A DNA stretch of 64,000 nucleotides, from NCBI GenBank assembly GCA_951406725.2, contig OX597833.1, positions 30,256,001 through 30,320,000 of the forward strand. Reading direction: 5' to 3'. Each line of letters starts with the position of its first letter. Within the stretch, counting starts at the first letter, position 1. The notes below the pieces were generated by a model, which did not search any database, was not told the DNA's origin, and saw only the letters and a list, made by a program, of their open reading frames with translations. Positions 58,359 to 64,000 of the stretch are shown here, one piece after another. This DNA comes from Octopus vulgaris. Its lineage: Eukaryota. Made by a program: the position numbers and the translations under genes.

Positions 58359-58747
58359 GCTGATAATCGAATTGTCCCTTAACTTGCAACATGGTACATT
58401 ATTTATACTGCATTATGGTTCTGATTCGTTAGCGTGTTATTTGAGGGTGGTTCAGCTGATCTTTCTAGCAGATGTCATAAACTCTCCATCGTTGACTACC
58501 TTGCCTTTTAGTAGATCGTCTACTAGTGTGTCCTTTTCACCTGAGAGTGTATTTTGGCTGTTATGTCTAGAAGATCAATCCATTGTACTGTGACTACTCC
58601 CCAGGTTTTATACCATGGAGTTTATCATAGAAATTCTAGTCGATCAGTTTATTTAAAAAATTCTATATCTTGGTCCTTTCTAAATGTTCCATGTTTGGGT
58701 AAAAAAATCAATCTTTATAAGTTTTCTTTTGTCTACATGTATATTAT

Positions 58748-59118
58748 AGGCGCAGAAGTGGCTGTGTGGTAAGTAGCTTGCTTACCAACCACATGGTTCC
58801 GGGTTCACCTTGGGCAAGTGTCTTCTACTATAGCCTCGGGCTGACCAAAGCCTTGTGAGTGGATTTGGTAGACGGAAACTGAAAGAAGCTCGTCGTATAT
58901 ATATGTGTGTTTGTTTGTACTCCCGACATCGCTTGACAACCGATGCTGGTGTGTCTACGTCCCCGTAACTTAGCTGTTCAGCAAAAGAGAACCGATAGAA
59001 TAAGTACTAGGCTTACAAAGAATAAGTTCTGGGGTCGATTTGCTCGACTAAAGGTGGTGCTCCAGCATGGCCGCAGTCAAGTGACTGAAACATGTAAAAA
59101 GAGAAAAAGAGAGAGAAA
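58748..59118 (+). mobile_element. tRNA-derived SINE type 1 (deletion through B box)
   Basis: Homologous to 39757-40123 and 62935-63338. Confidence 0.9.
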
Positions 59119-59289
59119 GATATATATATATAAATATAAAATATATAAATATATATTATATATATATATATATAAATATATATATATAAATATATATTAT
59201 ATATATATATATAATATATATATATAAATATATATATTATATATATATAAATATATATATATAAATATATATATTATATATATATAAAT

Positions 59290-59361
<72 letters not shown>

Positions 59362-59508
59362 TATATATATAAATATATATATATAAATATATATATTTTA
59401 GGATTATACATTAAGAGACTGAGACAGAATAAGACAGATGCCCAACAACTCGGGATTAAACCTGCATGTGGCCTACAGAAGCTCATTCAGCGCACGAGGA
59501 ACGGAGAG

Positions 59509-61626
59509 GTGATATGCCTTCCCACAGATAAGTCCGGCAGGATGTCAATAGACAGCTTACCGAACTACATCCAGGCAATGCAACCTCATATCGCCAATAC
59601 AAAAGTAACAACTGTACAGGCGCATGAGGAGAGAGAAAAGGTCCTCAATGCCCACATGATGATGTGGACAATTGTTCTGGGACCCCAGAAACGTACTGCA
59701 AAGAATTTCCAAGCCTGGAACAATGATATCCCGGCACTGTATGGACTTCGCAAGGACCATAGAGTTTTTACTGACCCTATAGCAGGACCACCAACAAGAC
59801 CAGTCTGTGGAGCGAATATCGCTAGCAATTACAGAATCTCCTACTTCCTCTCAATGATCATACGCCCTATAATCTGGATGTCACCTGATGTGTGTGACAG
59901 CACAGAAGATCTCCTAAGCAGGATCAGTGACTGTAACAAAACTTGTGACTTGACAGGATGTATAGTAGGTAGCATGGATGTGGTATCCCTATACCCATCG
60001 ATTGACGTAGATTTTGCAGTGGAGAAGTGCGTGGAGATGATCAACGAGAGCCAGGTGGAGTTCTGTAATGTCGACACAGAAGAACTGGGCCTCCTACTTA
60101 GACTGACATATAATAATGAATACTTAGATAAACATAATCTTAGTAGTTTCTGCCCCAGTAGATGTTTAAGAGGTAGACCGCCTACAATTACTTCTATGGC
60201 TAGGAAGACACATATAGAAAGATGGCGTGGATGGACCAGAGCCATACGGAGCCCCGCAAATGTCCATCAGGTAAAGAAAATGATCGCACATGCACTAGGA
60301 GCTAGTATAAGAGTTACCCTAAAAGGCCACACATTTAAATTTAATAATAAAATATATGCCCAGGACGAGGGGGCAGCCATCGGTGTTAGTATCGCTGGTG
60401 ATGTGGCCAACCTCTTCATGGTATGGTGGGACAGAAGGCTTAAAGAATGTCTACTGCAGAAATCCATACTCGTAAACATGTACTCTCGCTATGTTGATGA
60501 TATCAACATAGTAGTAAAGGCACCCCCACAAGAGAGTAATGTTGATATAGTAATAGAAACTAATACAATGGAGAGCATCCAGCAAATAGCTAACTCCATC
60601 CACCAGAGTATTAAGGTCACAATTGACTACCCCACTAAACACCCCAACCATAGACTACCAGTACTAGACACTGAACTCTGGCTAGAAATTGTGAAAAATA
60701 AAACCCAAATCCTTCATTCATACTATGCAAAACCTATGGCCTCAAAATACCTGATCCACCGGAACTCAGCCATTGCGGGCAATGCCAAATTCAATATTTT
60801 GATGGCAGACCTCGTCAGAATAATGAGAAATGTGTCACGCATGTGCGAGCCTACAGAATTAAAGAGACACATACAGTATTTCATTCACCGCATGCAGTTC
60901 TCAGGTTACAGCCATAAAGAAAGGATCAGAGTATACAAAGGAGCCATGAAGAAATTTGATAATATATTATGTAATGATAGGAATGGGATTTGCCCAATCT
61001 ATAGGAACAAGTCATGGAACACTATAGAAAGGACAAAAAAGAAAATAGGGAAGGCCAACTCTAGGTATGATAGCCATAAATACCAGAGTGTCATGTTCGT
61101 TGACACCACCCCTGGAGGTGAACTGGCGTACCGCTTTAGAAGGACCCTAGATAAACTTAAACTAAGAATTAATGTTGTTGAAAAGCCAGGCAACCCTATC
61201 AGATCTATAATTGGTAGAACCTATCCTTTTAGTAGAACTCTCTGTACGGATAACTATTGCACTGTATGTAGATTTAGCCCACAAACAAACTGTAAAGCCA
61301 GAAATGTAGTCTATAGTATAAGATGTATAGAGGGACGATGCAGTAACGAGACAGTAACATACGTAGGGGAAACAGCAAGAAGCATTGGAGAGCGGGTGAA
61401 TGAACATTGGAGACAACTCAAGGAAGGTAAAAGCTCATCGATTCTGTACCAACACGCCGAACAGGAACACGGGGGATCAATCAATAACATAGAGATTAAG
61501 ATATTGTCCACACATAGAACAGATGCAACAATTAGACAAATTACAGAAGCTACACATATAATAGAAAATAAACCTAGCCTGAATAGAAAACTAGAATGGA
61601 GCAATAGCACACACCACAACATATGA
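59509..61626 (+). CDS. PLE reverse transcriptase plus GIY-YIG endonuclease (frame open from ~59398)
   Basis: TDKSG, LYGLRKDH, PTRPV, SMDVVSLYPSI, GAAIG, YSRYVDD, LPVLD, CTDNYCTVC..C, VVYSIRC..C..YVGET.R...RVNEH, H...EH, E, LNRK.E. Confidence 0.93.
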   Translation: MICLPTDKSGRMSIDSLPNYIQAMQPHIANTKVTTVQAHEEREKVLNAHMMMWTIVLGPQKRTAKNFQAWNNDIPALYGLRKDHRVFTDPIAGPPTRPVCGANIASNYRISYFLSMIIRPIIWMSPDVCDSTEDLLSRISDCNKTCDLTGCIVGSMDVVSLYPSIDVDFAVEKCVEMINESQVEFCNVDTEELGLLLRLTYNNEYLDKHNLSSFCPSRCLRGRPPTITSMARKTHIERWRGWTRAIRSPANVHQVKKMIAHALGASIRVTLKGHTFKFNNKIYAQDEGAAIGVSIAGDVANLFMVWWDRRLKECLLQKSILVNMYSRYVDDINIVVKAPPQESNVDIVIETNTMESIQQIANSIHQSIKVTIDYPTKHPNHRLPVLDTELWLEIVKNKTQILHSYYAKPMASKYLIHRNSAIAGNAKFNILMADLVRIMRNVSRMCEPTELKRHIQYFIHRMQFSGYSHKERIRVYKGAMKKFDNILCNDRNGICPIYRNKSWNTIERTKKKIGKANSRYDSHKYQSVMFVDTTPGGELAYRFRRTLDKLKLRINVVEKPGNPIRSIIGRTYPFSRTLCTDNYCTVCRFSPQTNCKARNVVYSIRCIEGRCSNETVTYVGETARSIGERVNEHWRQLKEGKSSSILYQHAEQEHGGSINNIEIKILSTHRTDATIRQITEATHIIENKPSLNRKLEWSNSTHHNI

Positions 61627-61984
61627 CGATAGAGGATCCTGAAAACATAATAAATACACAGATAAATAAACAGATAGAAATGAATAACTATATATATGTA
61701 TATATATCTATGTATGTATATGTGTATCATCTCCCTATGTGTTAGTTTTTTTAAAAACTATTAGCCAAATATGTATAATAACTGTGCTTATTAATATTAA
61801 TATATACACTGATATATATTTTGTTTTATTTTGTTTTGTTTACCTTGCATTGTTGTACCAATGAGTATTATATTATACAAGTGTAGCATTATGAAGTTAT
61901 GCATAAGTTTTTATATTTTACATTTTTATATTTTTATATTTATATGTATATGGAAATATAATTTTTTCACAATTATAACAAATT

Positions 61985-62100
61985 TAATTCTCTGAAGAGG
62001 CCGTGGGGCATCCTTGTTAATGCCTCATTTATACCTGCCTTTATGGCTTATAGGTTAAATGAGGTATGACTGCCCTTGCTTCCGAAACAGCTGTCAGTTA
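61985..62100 (+). ncRNA. Type I hammerhead ribozyme with extended stem II
   Basis: taattct-CTGAAGA-gg..gtggggca..tgcctcattta..taaatgaggta..tgcccttgc..cc-GAAA-cagctg-TC-agtta. Confidence 0.85.
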
Positions 62101-62628
62101 TGATTTAATTACATATTATATTTGAAATCTTATACTTATATCTCTTTGTCTATTTACATTTACTGTATATTTTGTATAATGCCTTTACTGATATGTAATG
62201 GTGTAATAAAGTATTGATTGGGTATCATCTGATAGTTGATGTTTTATTGATTTAAGTATGTTTCTCCATTTTCTAATTTTGTAGTATATATATATATATA
62301 TATTTTTTTTTCGATTAGATTTATTATTATTATTACTAATATTGTTGTTATACATACATACAAGCATATGTAATGATAATAATGGGTGGATGTAAACACA
62401 TGAACAAAATTAGAACAAAAGCAACAACAACAAAAATCAAAATACAAATTACAAGAATGTATATAAACAGAAGATACAAATATTACAGGCATCCTCCCCA
62501 CACACACACACTAAATAAACATAGACGCACATAGAGATATAAGCATGCGCAAATGAAGACATGCAATAGAAATACAAAATGGCTGATGGTTAGTAAGGAG
62601 AGACACAAATAAGTGAGAAGAAAACAAA

Positions 62629-62673
62629 GGACCACTGATGCGGTCACAGGAGCGTGACGAAAGAACTTTGGCC
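62629..62673 (+). ncRNA. Degenerate or variant hammerhead in an unassigned block (62290-62790)
   Basis: ggacca-CTGATGC-g-gtcac aggagc gtgac-GAAA-gaac-TT-tggcc, followed by AATAAA. Confidence 0.5.
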
Positions 62674-62815
62674 GAAATAAGATTAAGATTAATGTAAAAA
62701 ATAAATATCACTGAAGCAAAATAACACCAAATATATAGTGCGTGTGTTTTTATTGGCTAAACTGGCAATATGACCATTCCGAAATATAACAATATATATA
62801 TAAATATATATATAA

Positions 62816-62912
<97 letters not shown>

Positions 62913-62934
62913 TATAAATATATATATATATATT

Positions 62935-63335
62935 AGGCGCAGGAGTGGCTGTGTGGTAACTAGCTTGTTTACCAACCACATGGTTCCGGGTTCAGTCCCA
63001 CTGCGTGGCAACTTGGGCAAGTGTCTTCTACTATAGCCTCGGGCCGACCAAAGCCTTGTGAATGGATTTGGTAGATGGAAACTGAAAGAAGCCTGTCGTA
63101 TATATGTATATATAAATATATGCGTGTGTGTGTTCGTGAGTCTGTGTTTGTTTCCCTAGCATTGCTTGACAACTGATGCTGGTGTGTTTATGTCCCCGTT
63201 ACTTAGCGGTTCGGCAAAAGAGACCGATAGAATAAGTACTGGGCTTCCAAAAGAATAAGTCCCGGGGTCGAGTTGCTTGATTGAAAGGTGGTGCTCCAGC
63301 ATGGCCGCAGTCAAATGACTGAAACAAGTAAAAGA

Positions 63336-63338
<3 letters not shown>
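62935..63338 (+). mobile_element. tRNA-derived SINE type 1, most complete copy
   Basis: aggcgcaggagtggctgtgtgg (A box), gggttcagtccc (B box), tail gaaacaagtaaaagagta. Confidence 0.93.
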
Positions 63339-63386
<48 letters not shown>

Positions 63387-63428
63387 TATATATAAATATA
63401 TATATATATATAAATATAATAATAAATA

Positions 63429-63657
63429 TTAGGGAATAAATCCAAATTTACAGGGAAAAAATCAGATTTAGGATTAAATACAATTTTATAGTAAAATATT
63501 ATATAATATTATTAGAGACAAAACCACTATTTTGCAAAACAAACAAGGAAAGACTTAATCAATACATAAAATTTTAATAAATTTATTAAAATTTTATGTA
63601 TTGATTAAGTCTTTCCTTGTTTGTTTTGCAAAATAGTGGTTTTGTCTCTAATAATAT

Positions 63658-63662
<5 letters not shown>
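63429..63662. repeat. Fold-back element with ~80-bp perfect arms (centre 63581/63582)
   Basis: ataatattattagagac..aaaattttaataaa|tttattaaaatttt..gtctctaataatattat. Confidence 0.88.
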
Positions 63663-63716
<54 letters not shown>

Positions 63717-63770
63717 TATATATATATAAATAAATATATATATATATATATAAATAAATATATATAAATA

Positions 63771-63895
<125 letters not shown>

Positions 63896-64000
63896 ATATA
63901 TATATATAAATACATATATATATATATATAAATACATATATATATATATATAAATACATATAAATATATATATATATATATAAAAATACATATATATATA

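Larger units (their letters stand above)
59398..62284 (+). mobile_element. Penelope-like retroelement (Neptune/Nematis-like Cys linker), 5'-truncated, with 3' hammerhead
   Basis: Open RT plus GIY-YIG ORF, AT-rich 3' UTR, hammerhead, TA flanks. Confidence 0.93.

Overview
Eukaryotic, gene-free repeat nest. The SINE and LINE families look cephalopod/Octopus-like, which is an inference from sequence recognition and is not verified. Roughly a quarter of the window is (TA)n microsatellite (manual estimate), and almost every non-TA block is a retroelement fragment bounded by (TA)n. Contents: a decayed Helitron Rep region (0.9-4.0 kb); three families of CR1-group APE-RT LINEs (A: 9 copies, B: 2 near-identical tandem copies with open ORF2, C: 1 copy plus a stub); RTE-type LINEs with a PHD-like finger inside the RT and a 3'-UTR minisatellite; three coding Penelope-like elements (PLEs; GIY-YIG, two also retaining RT); four tRNA-derived SINEs; a small non-autonomous Helitron; and many non-coding fold-back fragments. 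The main hidden layer is RNA structure. There are about a dozen type I hammerhead ribozyme motifs, several with non-canonical cores, at PLE 3' ends and in non-coding fold-back elements, including a 475-bp circularly permuted, ORF-less, retrozyme-like unit. A covarying double-hairpin 3' motif is shared by all three CR1-group LINE families and both SINE types. A chimeric LINE copy records an unequal-crossover duplication. All YIYI-type ORFs are microsatellite artefacts. Coordinates were read by eye and boundaries may be off by a few bases.
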